Source: the human T2T-CHM13v2.0 reference genome, Homo sapiens. From it: a stretch of DNA of 64,000 nt. The stretch's first letter is position 1; the number at the start of each line of letters is the position of its first letter. Below the pieces are notes generated by a model, which was not told where the DNA came from, searched no databases, and worked only from the letters and a program-made list of their open reading frames with translations. Both the position numbers and the translations under genes were made by a program. The stretch lies in NCBI RefSeq assembly GCF_009914755.1, contig NC_060929.1; one strand, 5' to 3'. Shown here in pieces: positions 40,067-53,307 of this stretch.

Positions 40067-42858
40067 TGATATGGTTTGGCTCTATGTTCCCACCCAAATC
40101 TCATCTTGTAGCTCTCAGAATTCCCACATGTTGTGGGATGTGGGAGTGACCCTGTGGGAGATAATTGAATCATGGGGGTGGGTCTTTCCCATGCTGTTCT
40201 CCTGATAGTGAATAAGTCTCATGAGATCTGATGGTTTTACAAATGAGAGTTTCCCTGCACAAGCTCTCTTTGCTCACTGCCATCCACATAAGACATGACT
40301 TGCTCCTCCTTGCCTTCCATCATGATGGTGATGTCTCCCCAGCCACGTGCAACTGTAAGTCCATTAAACCTCTTTCTTTTGTAAATTGCCTAGTCTTGGG
40401 TATGTCTTTATCAGCAGCATGAAAATGGCCTAATACAGTAAATTGGTACCAGTAGAATGGAGCACTGCTGAAAAGATACCTGAAAATGTGGATGTGACTT
40501 TGGAACTGGGTAACAGGCAGAGGCTGGAAGAGTTTGGAGGGCTCAGAAGAAGACAGGAAAATATCTCCCTAGAGACTTGTTGAATGGCTTTGACCAAAAT
40601 GCTGATAATGATATGGACAATGAAATCCAAACTGAGGTGGTCTCAGATGGAGATGAGGGACTTGTTGGAAACTGGAGCAAAGGTGACTCTTGCTATGTTT
40701 TAGCGAAGAGACTGGCAGCATTTTGTCTCTGCCCTAGAGAGTAGAGGAACTTTTAACTTGAGAGAGATGATTTAGCATATCTTGCAGAAGAAATTTCTAA
40801 GCAGAAAATCATTCAAGAGGTGACTTGGGTGCTGTTAAAGGCATTCAGTTTTAAAAGGGAAACAGGGCATAAAAGTTTGGAAAATTTGTAGCCTGACAAT
40901 GCAGTAGAAAAGAAAATCCCATTTTCTGAGGAGAAATTCAAGCTGGCTGCAGAAATTTGCATAAGTAATGAGGAGCTGAATGTTAATCACCAAGACACTG
41001 GGGAAAATATCTCCAGGGCATGTCAGAGACCTTTGTGGCAGCCCCTCCCATCACAGGCCTGGAGGTTTAGGAGGAAAAAAATGATTTCATGGGCCAATCC
41101 TAGGGTGCCTCTGCTGTGTGCAGCCTAGTAACTTGGTTCCCTGCATCCCAGCCACTCCATCCATGACTAAAAGGGGTCAAGGTACAGCTTGGGCTGTGGT
41201 TTCAGAGGGTGCAATGTGGGAGTTCAGTCAGGCAGGTGGGAAAAATTTTAAGATGAAATTATAGGAATTGAACACAAACCCTTTTGGAAGGCCTGGGGGT
41301 TTGCATAAAGGGTTTGGCTGAAGGCAGCTGAAATCTCTTAAAAGCTTAGGGGGTAGATACATAAGAATGTAGAGTAATTTATCTAAATAGCTTGTTTACT
41401 CATGTGGTCCTAAGACAACCTTTGATCAACCCCGGTGTGCATAACTGCTCTCTACTCAGGGAGTCGGCAACCAAGTCAATTATACTCTAGTGGTGTTTAC
41501 TCAAGACCTTTGTCATTTAATCTATATTGAATAAATGTGAGCTTCGCTGGCTGAATGAAGCCACAGGTGCTACTCTTTACAGCACCTTCTTTGGTGACTG
41601 TGAGTGGGCCAAGACCCTTAGCAGGACTGACAGGTAGCATATCTTTGTCAGTGTACATTATTGATCTGTCGTTGGGTCGGGGTCTGTGGAATGGACCCCT
41701 GCATTGCAAGCCTCAAGATTTGGCAGCTTCCACATGGTGTTGAGCTTGCAAGTGCACAGAAGTCAAGACTCAGGGTTTGGGAACCTCCACCTAGATTTCA
41801 GAGGATGTATGGAAATACCTGGATGCCCAGGCAGAAGTTTGGTGCAGGGATGGGGCCCTCATGGACAACCTCTGCTAGGACAGTGCTGAAGGGAAATGTG
41901 GGGTCAGAGCCCCCATATGGAGTCCCTACTGGGGCACTGCCTAGTGGAGCTGTGAGAAGAGGACAGCCATCCTCCAGACCCCAGAATGGTAGATCCATTG
42001 ACAGCTTGCACCGTGCACCTGGAAAACCCACAGACATTCAACACCAGCCCATGAAAGCAGCCAGGAGGGAGGCAGTATCCTGAAAAGCCACAAGTGCAGA
42101 GCTGCCCAAGACCATGGGAGCCCACCTCTTGCAGCAATATAACCTGAATGTGAGACATGGAGTCAAACGAGATCATTTTTTAGCTTTAAGATCTGACTTC
42201 CCCACTGGATTTTGGATTTGCATGGGGCCTGTAGCCCCTTTGTTTTGGCAATTTCTCCCATTTGGAATGGCTGTATTTACCCAATGCCTGTATCCCCATT
42301 GTATCTAGGAAGCAACTAACTTGTTTTTGATTATACAAGCTCATAGGCAGAAGGGACTTGCCTTGTCTCACATGAGACTTCAGACTATGGACTTTTGAGT
42401 TGATGCTGAAATAAGATTTTGGGGGACTGTTGGGAAGGCATGATTGGTTTTGAAATGTGAAGACATGCGATTTGTGAGGGACTGGGACAGAATGATATGG
42501 TTTGGCTCTGTTTCCCCACTCAAATCTTATCTTGTAGCTCCCATAGTTCCCATGTGTGGTGGGAGGTACCCCATGGGAGGTAACTGAATCATGGGGATAG
42601 GCCTTTCCCATGCAGTTCTTGTGACAGTGAATAAGTCTCATGAGATCTGATGGGTTTAAAAATGAGAGTTTCCCTGTACAAGCCCTCTTTTTGCATGCTG
42701 CCATCCATGTAAGATGTGACTTGCTCCTCCTTGCCTTTCACCATGATGGTGAGGTCTCCCCAGCCATGTGCAACTGTAAGTCCATTAAACCTCTTTCTTT
42801 TGTAAATTGCCCAGTCTTGCGTATGTCTTTATTAGTGGCAAAAAAACAGACTAACACA
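40067..42858 (+). mobile_element. Full-length THE1A element (LTRs 40067-40437 and 42493-42858)
   Basis: Two LTRs sharing variants ('catgatggtga', 'tgcaactgtaagtcc'); internal region starts 'gtaaattggtacc'. Confidence 0.93.
41215..41703 (+). mobile_element. LTR22-type (HERV-K HML-5) solo LTR nested in THE1A-int
   Basis: TG...CA termini ('tgtgggagttcagtcagg' to 'gacccctgca'), AATAAA near 41530, 6-bp TSD gtgcaa/ttgcaa; THE1-int resumes afterwards. Confidence 0.85.
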
Positions 42859-43234
42859 ATCTCCAAATAATTTCTATATTCAATAATATTTCCAAAATAT
42901 TTCACACATTGATAAATACTATTTAGACTGTTTTCACCTAATGTATTTTTGACTCTTCACCTCTACTAGATTGATAAGTAATTTTATCCCAATATTGAAG
43001 ATATAGGAAATTCTAGATTTCATACTCTGAGTGAAGAAAAAGCAACAGATTATAAAATTATAAACTGAAAATTTTCATGGTTATACAAATAGACATGTCA
43101 AACTGTATTGGAGATATATTACTGCCTGATTAGGCAGTAATATATGACTTCCAAGTTCGCTCAAAAAAATGCTTTAGATTCTTTGTTAAACCGTAACATT
43201 TCTCCATGTTCTAAAAGTTTAATGAAAACTGTTG

Positions 43235-43455
43235 TCCATATAGTCACTATAGTTAATAACAGTGTATTGTATACTTGCAAATTGCTAAGGGAGGAGATGT
43301 TTTGTTTTCACCACAATAAACATGGTGATAAGTATGTGAGGTTATTATATGGTGATTAGCTTGATTTAGCCATTTCACAATGTATTCATTTTTTAAAACA
43401 TCATGTTGTACACCATAAATATATATGATTTTTAACAATTTTTAACTAAATAATT
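43235..43455 (+). mobile_element. L1MA 3' end
   Basis: 'actatagttaataacagtgtattgtatacttgcaaattgctaag...catcatgttgtacaccataaatatata'. Confidence 0.85.
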
Positions 43456-44239
43456 TTTTTAAATCCCTGGAGATACTGGGACATAAGCTACACTTCTGCC
43501 TTAGGAGAGATAGGCTTTCAAGACAATTTTATGCATAGCTTAAAGGTTACATCTACTCAAGCAAGCTAAGGACTTAGGGGATGTCCAGGTGGCTCATATC
43601 TTAGTTATAATCTTTCTTACATTGAAAATGTCTTGGTCTTAAAGTTATAAGTATTTATATATGCTATACACATAAAATATTTCATATACACACAAAATAT
43701 ACATATTTGCCTTGAGCCTCACTATTTTACAATGAACTAGCAACACTTTAGAGGAACAAAACCAGTTTAAAAGAACAGATGTTTTCTACCTATGCTGCCA
43801 CATTGTCTTTTACTAACATGAACTCTCAGGAAAGACAAGTTCATATGTAGACAAGAGGAGATTTGCCAGTTGTGTTGATTAGAATGTTCCAAGGAAAGTC
43901 CCACTGGGAAAATAGTATTTTCTCCAACTAAATGCCAAATGCTTAAGAATAAATAGTTATTTAGTTGGGTCCATCCTAGTCCTCAGTGGAGAACCACTAT
44001 TAAACTACAAATACTCTAGGAAGGAAAAAAGTAGAACACAATAATGAAACAGGTAGCCACAGCCCTACACAGTAAACAACTAGACAATCAGAGAAGACTA
44101 CATTGGCTACATTAAGCATTTAACATGATGACAAAATCCAGATATGGATGATGTGTTCTAATGGTGTCTTCCTGCCCTATTGACAATTGGAAGCAGAGAA
44201 ATGAAAAATCATTTCAGAAGTAACTGATAGTTACACCCA

Positions 44240-44500
44240 AATACAGGGATGAAGGCAACTAAAGTAATTGCAAGAATAGGTTGACCATGGACTTTGATAT
44301 GAAGACAAGCCTAGATTATTCAGTTCTGCAAAGTGAAGAGAGACCATATTAAACACTGTATACATTTGTATATTATTGTAAGGGAACCATTTTTTTCTCT
44401 CATCATACAACAAAATAGAAGTAGAAGACAGAGCTCCTTAAAATTACAGCAAGGCAGAATTAAGATAAACAAAAGGATCCATTATCATAAAAGAAAAGTA
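44240..44500 (+). mobile_element. L3/CR1 3' ORF2 relic
   Basis: 'cagggatgaaggcaactaaagtaat...tatgaagacaagcctagattattcag...ttacagcaaggcagaattaag'. Confidence 0.5.
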
Positions 44501-45224
44501 TTGTAGTCAGAAGCACAGATGAAAACCAAAGAATGGGGGCAAATTGATAAGTGTTTCTATGATAAATCACCATTAGAACACCTAGGATATAGAAATATAA
44601 CACTGGAGACAGCTGTCAGCCTCCTCTTGGCAGAGAAGCAGGGGGTAGTTTAGAATCATTATTGACAATAAAACTATGGACAGAGTTGATGTATAACACA
44701 TATAGAAATTTCCATGTCTCAATAAATAGTCAAAACACTGGGATTCCACTTTTAATTAAAAATTCAGCTTTAAAAAAAGGAATAAAAATTCTGCTGAAAC
44801 TCACTCTAAGGTACAACATTGTGCCCTCAGGGATTCTCAGCATTGCTAAGGCATTCAGTGTTTTCCAATGCCTGAAATCTTTACTGAGCATATACAATAT
44901 ATTCTGTACCAGACACAGTAAATAAGACACACATGGGTTCTGTCCTCACTGAGCTACAATGTATAAGGTAGATGATCTACAAGAAATTATATTTATTATA
45001 TTGCTGTTATAACATTATAACAGCATTTAAAAATTATATTTTTAAAAAATTATATTTATTACATTGCTGTTATAACAATACTGTCTTAAAAGAAAGGCAT
45101 GCTATGCTGTAGAACTAAAGAGCAGGAATATAGAGCATATGATAAGGGGTAATCAAGGGTGTGAATCAGAATAGGTTTCCTGGTCTTAAAAAATTCAGCT
45201 GAAAGCTAATCCATATAAACAGTA

Positions 45225-46780
45225 AGGCAGAGAACTCCTTGACACTGGTTTTGGCAATGATTTTTTGAATATGGAAACATAAACAAAAATTAATGAGTAG
45301 GACTGCCTCACATTAAAAGCTTCCACAGGCCAGGTGCGGTGGCTCACACCTGTAGTCCCAGCACTTTGGGAGGCCAAGGTGGGCAGATCACTTGAGCTCA
45401 AGAGTTCGAGACTAGCCTGGGCAACATGGTGAAACCCTGTCCCTACAAAAAATACAAAAATTGCCAGGCTTGGTGGTACAAGCCTGTAATTCCAGCTATC
45501 CGGAAGGCTGAATTGGCAGTATTGCTTGAGCCAAGGAGGTCGAGGGTGCAGTGAGCCAGTATCATGCCACTGCATTCCAGCCTGGGAAACAGAGTAAGAC
45601 TTTGTCTCAAAAAAATAATAATAATAAAAAAAGAAAAGAATAGAAAAAGCTTCTACACAGTAAAGGAAACAATTAACAATATAAACAGGTGGTCAATGGA
45701 ATAGGAGAAAATATTTACAAATCATGTATTTGATAAGGGATTCGTATCTAAAATATGTAAGAAATCCATACAAGTCAAATAAATAAATAAATAAATTTTA
45801 AAAATGGCCAAAGGATCTGAATACACATTTCTCCAAAGAAGATACACAAATGGCAGCCTGCAGGTACATGAAAAAGTGTTCACCATCACCTCACTAATTA
45901 TCAGGGAAATGCAAGTCAAAACCACAATCACTTCGCATCTGTTTGAATGGCTATTATAAAATACAAAATAAACAAGAGATAACAAAGTTTGGCAAAGATG
46001 TGGAGAAAAGGGAATCCTTGTACATCATTGGTCAGAGAATAAATTGGTACAGCCATTATGGAAAAAATATAGAAATTCCTTAAAAAATTAAAATAGAAAT
46101 ACCATGTGATTTGCCAATTCCCTTTCTAGATATATATCCAAAGGAAACAAAATAAGTTTCCAGAAGAAATATCTTCACTCCCATGTTCATTGCAGAATTA
46201 TTCATAATAGCCAAGATATGGAAACAACCTAAGTGTCAGTCAATGGATGAATGAGTGAAGAAAAGCAATATATGTATACCATCGAATATTATTCAGCCAA
46301 AAACAGAAGACAATACTGACATTTTTGACAATATGGATGAAACTGAAGGGCATTATGGTAAGTGGAATAAGCCAGAGAGAGAAAGATACACACTGTATGG
46401 TATCATTTGTGTGTGAAATCTTTTTTGAAAAAAGTGAAATTCACAGAAAGAAAGTAGAATGTTGGTTGCCAGGGACTGTGGGGTTAGGGAAGTGAAGAGA
46501 TGTCAATTAAAGAGTACAAACTTCCAGTTACAAGAAAAATAACTTCTTAGGATCTAATGGATAGCATGATGATTGTATATGTTGCATTCTTGAAATTTGC
46601 TAAGAGAATAGATATTAAGCATTCTCATGAAAAAAAAGAAGGCAACTATGTGAGATGATGGATGTGTTAATTAGCTTGATTGTGGTAATTATTTCACAAT
46701 GTATATGTAGATCAAATCTTCAGACTGTACACTTTAAAAATGTACAATCCTATTTTTCAATTATACCTCAATAAAGCTAA
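45225..46780 (+). mobile_element. L1MA9/L1MB-like ORF2 3' end and 3'UTR, interrupted by AluJ
   Basis: 'atcagggaaatgcaagtcaaaaccacaat', 'atagccaagatatggaaacaacctaagtg', ends 'caattatacctcaataaagct'. Confidence 0.9.
45328..45644 (+). mobile_element. AluJb-like, full length
   Basis: 'ggccaggtgcggtggctcacacc...gcctgggcaacatggtg'; TSD aaaagctt(c/t)aca-type on both flanks. Confidence 0.92.
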
Positions 46781-46799
46781 AAAATGTTAGGCAACAGAT

Positions 46800-47820
46800 G
46801 GAAATAGTACTTATGTATTCCAAATAGATATAACTTTTGAGGAATTAAATTTAGTATGACTGGGGTTTATTATTTGAATGGGGTTTAGTACGATGTAAGG
46901 TGAGAGAAGCACAAATTGGGACTTTTCACCTCATGCTAGCAGACTACGCTTTCCCTGCCCCTCAAAGGGCAATAAGAAGAAATTGAAGGGATTTCAGCAG
47001 CAGAGTGATAGAATCAGCTTTATATTTCAGAAAAGAAATTTACCCATAGGAGAAAAGCCTGGATTAGAACTGGAGATTGGGAAAGCATTCAGTGAGGTGT
47101 TGATGAAGTGGAGTCTAAAACAAGTCATACCTTGATATGTGATGGTGATGGTGAGGATGGTGAGAACGGAAGCATTCGAAAGACAAAGTCTTGTGGCTCA
47201 TCAGGAAATTAGGGAGAAAAAGCAGCTAAGAAAGACTCCCAGGTTTCTAATTTGTCCAACTAGGTGGCTCATGATACCATGCTCTAAATTAGCAAGTGTT
47301 ACCAAAGAAGTAGGTTTTGCTCCCCTACCTCTGAGAGAGGAAGATGGAGGTAGGGATTGGGATTCGTTTGTGGAGATGATAAATTCATTTTAAGAATTCC
47401 TGAGTTTCAAGTAACAGAGAACACTCAATTTGAAAGAAGTGGGAGAACTAGAAAAGTGTAGAAGTCATAAAAAAGAAAGCTTTTATTTTTCTTTACAAAA
47501 TAGAGTTATCTATTTTGTGATAAAAGGAAGATGCATTAAATAGTGACAGAAAATTTGTATTTGACTTAACTACATGCAAGACACAGGTGACCTTCATTTG
47601 AGCTGCTTAGAGGAATGTCATGAAAAGTCAGATTATAGTGGATTGGGGAGAAGGTTGGAGTTGAGAAGGTTCAGATAATGTTTCTCAATGTATGAGGAAG
47701 ATATACAGAACAATAGCAACTAGGGCAGTACCTACATGTAGATGAAGAGGAAAGGGAGGGCTGTTTGTTTTGTAAGATAGAGTCTGTATAAATACTGAGA
47801 AGAAGCACATAGAGAAAAAA
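46800..47820 (-). mobile_element. L2, antisense, continuing the L2 at ~44870-45190
   Basis: 'gaagggatttcagcagcagagtgatagaatcagc', 'aagactcccaggtttcta', 'gtcagattatagtggattgggg'. Confidence 0.65.
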
Positions 47821-50489
47821 ACTATAAAAATCATCTTATCTCACTGTCTGAAACAAAATAGAAAGCACACTATTCCCTAGAACAAGATACTGAAGTTCAT
47901 ATCTCTTTGGTTGAGCTACATACATAAGTAAAAAAGAATGTCCTCATGATACTTATTCAATGCATAGCCTCTTCTATACCAAATATAATTTAATGAAGGC
48001 TATTAAAGGCTAATAAAGTTCAGCCACTGTCGAATGCAAGCTGAACCTGTGAAAGGTCTCAACAATTACTTGAATCATCCAGTATAACTTCTGTATTAGC
48101 ATTGTCATTTTTTGTCCTCTAAACTTCAGATCTTTCTTGTTTATACCTTATTGCAATACCTTATCCCTCTAAAAGTTATTTTCCCCAATTATATTAATTA
48201 CTTGAATTTCAAATGAAGTCCAAAAAGCCCCATATTGGCACTTAATGGCACTAAAGTTAAAAGAAAAAAAAGAAGATAAACTGTTTTGGCACTGTCTTTA
48301 AAACCTGGCTTTGGGCCTTATTTTAAAACATATCACCAAAGGTCTCATCATATTTCTTCCTGTATTCGATAAATGGTTAAGTGGTCATGCATTCATTATG
48401 CCATAAGCTGCATACAGATGCAAATGGATACCATTTATAATATTTTACAGTGTTTTGAAGTTCCAAGCCCATCTAGAATGATAAAGACCTGGAAAATGTT
48501 AACCCACCTCAAAGTCTTTTTTTACTGCATTCTTTAATAGATTGGTGCAATTTCTTTGCATGCTATAAAAGTCAAGAAAGTATTTCCATGGTATTAAATG
48601 GTAACACATGGAGACCATTTCGTTTTCAAGAAGAATGTTCTCTACTTTGTGATTTGTGTTTTTTAATGCCCTTTTTCTTCCTCTTGTTCTTTCAGGGACA
48701 GTTTGATTCAGAGTAATGGAGCGGTGGAAATTAAATGAGTGTGCATGAAGTCCAATGAACTCAGTATACTGCTTATCTTGTAACTATACTTAATCTAAAT
48801 AACCTTTTTTATGCTCTGCTGGAATGGCATTTTCAAAAGGCTATATAGTAGTAAATGAGAGTATATGTCAGCAAGGATTTGCTAGACAAATCAGATCTCA
48901 CAGAGAAGTATATCTATCCATTACTATTTAATACACACTTCAGTTTGAAGGACAATTTTTGTGTGTGAGATCAGACCATTAACTTTTACTGTCATTTGGA
49001 CTATGTTTTCCAACTTTTCTACTTTCCCTTTTCATTTTAATTTCCTTTATTTTTTTTCCAACAGGGGCTTTCGGACAAATCACCTCCAAAAGAAAGAATG
49101 GAACAATTTATATATGCACAAGTCATTGGCTCAGTTATTACATTTTTTTACCAGATGTATACCCTCAGAAATCAAAGATTTCTAAGAGATAATGTCAACA
49201 CATATGGTAGTATCCTGGAAAAAATGTAATCCACATACACAAAACACATGGCAGGCATGTTCTCTGGTAGCAACTTTTACTTGCTTTTCAGTGGCATAGC
49301 TTTCCTTTATTATTACATTTGGGGGAATGATTTCATAAGCAGGATTTAGAAAATAGCTTTTCTACCTTAGCAACTGCTCCTCGTCTTTTGTGGAAAGTGG
49401 TATATAAGTGTAAGTTATCTTATAATGCGTTGTTTCTTCCAAAATCTTAAAACAAACCTTATGGTACATTTGGACATTTAGGCTTTCTGCTTAGTTCTAG
49501 TTAACAGGACCAGTATTTTCACCCTCTTTTAGAACAGCAGGCACTGATCTATCCTGCCAGACCCTGTCCCATTGCCCAGTGTTTTGTCTCTGAGACACGG
49601 TTATTGGTTGCGTTCCCACCAGCTGTCTGATTTTCTTGATGCTAACTTCCTCCTGGCTGCCACTCTGCATGCCCACCTGCCCCTGTTGCCCAATGTTTGC
49701 TTCCACTGCGATCATCTAGAGCCAGACCCTTGGATTTACAGGCTCCGATCACCCTAATAAGCCATTCACCATCTGCATTCAGGTCAGTTCTGTAAGTTCC
49801 TCATTAGATGGGTGGATAAAATCACAAATTCTGCATGCTTCCAATCTCTTCTATTTGATTAAAGCAATCCAGTCATGACTTGAGTTCAGAGATAAAATTC
49901 TGAAAAGTTAGCCTTTTGATTTCAATGTTACCAGAATTGACATTTCCAAAATATTTTTACAGTTTCAACAGCAACAGAAATTCCATTCTGGGATACCTTA
50001 CTGTAACCTCGAAAGTAGTTACTGCCTTCACTATGATAAAACACAGAACCAGAAGTTCTGTTCTGGAGGAAGAGGTGAATGAGGAAGAAAGAGGTGAATG
50101 AGATGAGAGACTATGTCCTTAAATGTTGCACCCTAGAGCCTCCCTCTCCTTACCCTAGTCCCAGTCCAAGATTCCCTTTACCAATTACGTTCAATTCTCT
50201 CATTATATTCCAACAATACAACACTCTAATTTTTTATTTCAATGCCTTTCACATTTCTACTCTCCTTATACCTTGGAAAGCTCATATCTGTAGGAAGTTT
50301 CTCCAGCTGGTTATCTTAGCTTTAGAGTCTGTTAACCTCATCCAAACTGTTCTTTCTCCTTTTTTTCAAATGAATTTTACTAAAAGTTGCTTTTATCAAC
50401 TTTTCTTTTACCTAAGAATCTTCCAATAATTATAATTTCCAGTTCTATTAAGTACAATATCCTCTGATTGAAACTAAAGACCTTTATAA

Positions 50490-50670
50490 TTTGGGTTCTC
50501 AGAATGTGGTCTTCACACAGGTGGCATCAGTAACACCTGGGGACTTGTTGGAAGTGAAAATTCTTGAGACTCACTCCAAACTTACTAAATCCTACAGATG
50601 GAGTGAGCAAGTTGTGTTTTAATAAGACTTCCATGTGAGTCTGATGTTAAATTAAGAATGAGAGCAATTG
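50490..50670. mobile_element. MER5A hAT-Charlie element
   Basis: 'ggttctcagaatgtggtc...gcatcagtaacacctgggga...gtgttttaataagacttccatgtgagtctgatg'. Confidence 0.8.
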
Positions 50671-50779
50671 GCCCCTTTTCCCATTTACTTGCTTGCGAAT
50701 GAATATCCACATGAAGTTTTCAAAAATGGAACTTTTAATTAGATAAGCTGCACCCTCTTTTCAAAATCAAATAGTACCA

Positions 50780-52330
50780 GAATTGAATAACGTATTACAC
50801 AATTTAAAAATCAAATCACTTGACAATTGAGACATAGAGTCTAAATTTTAAAGGGAAAATCCAACTTAAAATTATAGACTCTTTAAAAATTAGGAATTAT
50901 ATGTTAAAATGTGGAATGCAGGCAAAACCATATTTAAATTAAGAGTTATGTATCTCAATGTTTTAGTTATTAGACAGGAAAGAAAATAATACATGAACTA
51001 ATACATTTCACTCAAGAAGTTAGAATAAGAACAACAAAATAATTCTGAGAAGAGCATGGCTTAAAAGTAGAATTAATGAATTAGAAAACAATTAAAAATA
51101 CAATTACAGAGGAGTCCAAACAGACATAGTATCCTTTGGAAAAGTTAATAAAAAAGATAATATAAATACACAAAGACACTAAAACTGCAATGGAAAGAAT
51201 ACTGCACTAATACATTTAAAAATTAACATTAAGTAGAAATTTTATGAGGAAATATAAACAACCAAAAGGTAACTCAAATAAAAAGATAAAAATCTGAAAG
51301 CCATTGAAGTTTTGTCAATGAATTTACTCCAAAACTGTTCCTAGATCCAGAAACTTTTATCAATGACTTCTTTCAGATTTTCAAGAAATAGTATTTCAAG
51401 TGTTCCAGAACACAGAGTAAGATAGTAAGCTTTGCAATTTATTTTACTAGTTTGACTTGTTAACACCATCACTTAAAAAGAAAACTCTATGAGAGGAAAC
51501 TTCAGTCTTAGCTAATTCATCCAACTAATATATGAAAATAATTGTGAGGTCATGGTATACTGCATGAAGACAAAGTCGGCTTTCTTTCAAGATTGTTTGA
51601 AAGGTAATACTGTTATTGATCATCTCAGCAGGTAAGAAAGAAAAAGATACTTAACTTGTTAATCATCGAAAAGTCATATGATGAAAATAACATCTTTAAT
51701 TTCTTAAAATTGTAACATCTCAGAGTTTATATCATTCTCTAATTAATAACTAACAACATACTTAATTTTAATACAAATATTCCCATAAAAGAGAATGCCC
51801 ACTAATACTTTCACCACTCAATATAATTTTAGAAGTTGTAGCCAAGTCAATGAGATAAAAATGAATAAATTTTACATTTAGAAGGGAGGAGATTAAATTA
51901 TCATCATTTGTAGAGAATATGATTTGCTGCTGAAAATAAAATGTTATTTGCTGAAAATAAACTAAAAGTTATTACCATTAATAGGAGAGTCTTGTAAGCT
52001 TACTAGATTTAGTATAATACTACAACTACTCAATAGATTTCTCATTTATGACTTAGAAGTCACAATAATAAACTTTAAATAGTAAATGAATGTATAAACA
52101 GAACAAAAAGATAAATCATAAGCATGAGGTGAAAAGTCCAGAAAACATCCTAGAAGTAGAACATAATTTAGTATATCTTAAGAATAATATTTTAAATCGA
52201 AAATGGGTGGATGATGTACTAAATGGTAGAGAGACAATCTACTAACCACTTAAAAATGAACAGTAGTATCTTTTTTAAATTGAGAGAAAATATCCATGTC
52301 TGAATAAAAATACTATAAAAGCAATATTTC
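50780..52330 (+). mobile_element. Highly decayed old L1 ORF2
   Basis: A-rich: 'ctcaagaagttagaataagaacaacaaaataa', 'attatcatcatttgtagagaatatgattt'. Confidence 0.65.
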
Positions 52331-52754
52331 AGTATTAAATTTAGATAATGAATATAAAGGATTTAACAGAGTATTTAGCCAATAATAATTGCTATTTAGG
52401 CAACCCCTATTCAATTCCAAAGACTCCCTTCACTGTAAGAGAGACTTGTTTTCCAAATGCTGAGAAAACTCAGCTCTCATTTCCTGTTTTACACTATTGT
52501 TTATATCTCCATTATCAAAATTACCCCAATCAGAACGTGATTTATCTGAGGTCCCTCGGATTCTAAACACCTCAGTTATCCCCTCCACCAGCCCCAGTGA
52601 AAGCCTTCCTTCTGTCAGGATGAGCTATATAAGCCATGATCCCGGTCTTCTTTAATCTATTCTCTACTTAAACTCCAACCACATTGTGTTAAAAGTCAAT
52701 ATAAATTTTTTCGAGTCAACACAAATCTCCTCCTCCAACTCCTCCATGTTTTGC

Positions 52755-53053
52755 TTTTTTTTTTTTTTTTTTTGAGACGGAGTCTTACTCTGTTGCCAGG
52801 CTGGAGTGCAATAACGCGATCTCGGCCCACTGCAACGGCTGCCTCGCGGTTCACGCGATTCTCCTGCCTCAGCCTCCCAAGTAGCTGAGATTATAGGCAC
52901 GCACCACGACGCCCAGCTAATTTTTGCATTTTTAGTAGAGACAGGGTTTCACCATGTTGACCAGGATGGTCTCGATTTCCTGACCTTGTGATCTGCCCGC
53001 CTCTAGGCCTCCTAAAGTGCTGGGATTACAGGCGTGAGTCACTGCTCCCAACC
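52755..53053 (-). mobile_element. AluSc-like, full length
   Basis: 'gttgccaggctgg' and 'caggatggtctcgat'; TSD tgttttgc at 52747-52754 and 53054-53061. Confidence 0.9.
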
Positions 53054-53253
53054 TGTTTTGCCTTTTTTCGAAGCCAGTATCTCTGACTCCTTTCCCGCCC
53101 ACATCATTTCCCTTCTACCAACTAGAGTTGTCATTTCCATTTAGCCAATCCAAATACTTTTCACTCCTTATGTTGCTGTACTCAAGTTTCACCTCATTCA
53201 CAAGAACTTCCCAGACTGCTCCATACTACACAGGTGTCTTCCTTTTCCCTTTA

Positions 53254-53307
53254 TTACACACATAATGTAGCAAAATCTCTTTACACACATAATGTAGCAA
53301 AATCTCT
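53254..53307. repeat. Perfect 27-bp tandem duplication
   Basis: ttacacacataatgtagcaaaatctct occurs twice. Confidence 0.97.

Noticed and set aside
41661-42083. 140-aa ORF and similar ORFs at 60-63.6 kb
   Set aside because: Broken remnants of the MaLR internal region, fragmented by stops and frameshifts; not an intact gene.
42186-42704. Longest ORF (172 aa, minus strand)
   Set aside because: Lies antisense across the THE1-int/LTR junction; no recognisable domain; repeat-derived chance frame.
52410-52750. Possible LTR or TATA promoter ('gagctatataagcc')
   Set aside because: Could not assign termini, a TSD or a family with confidence.
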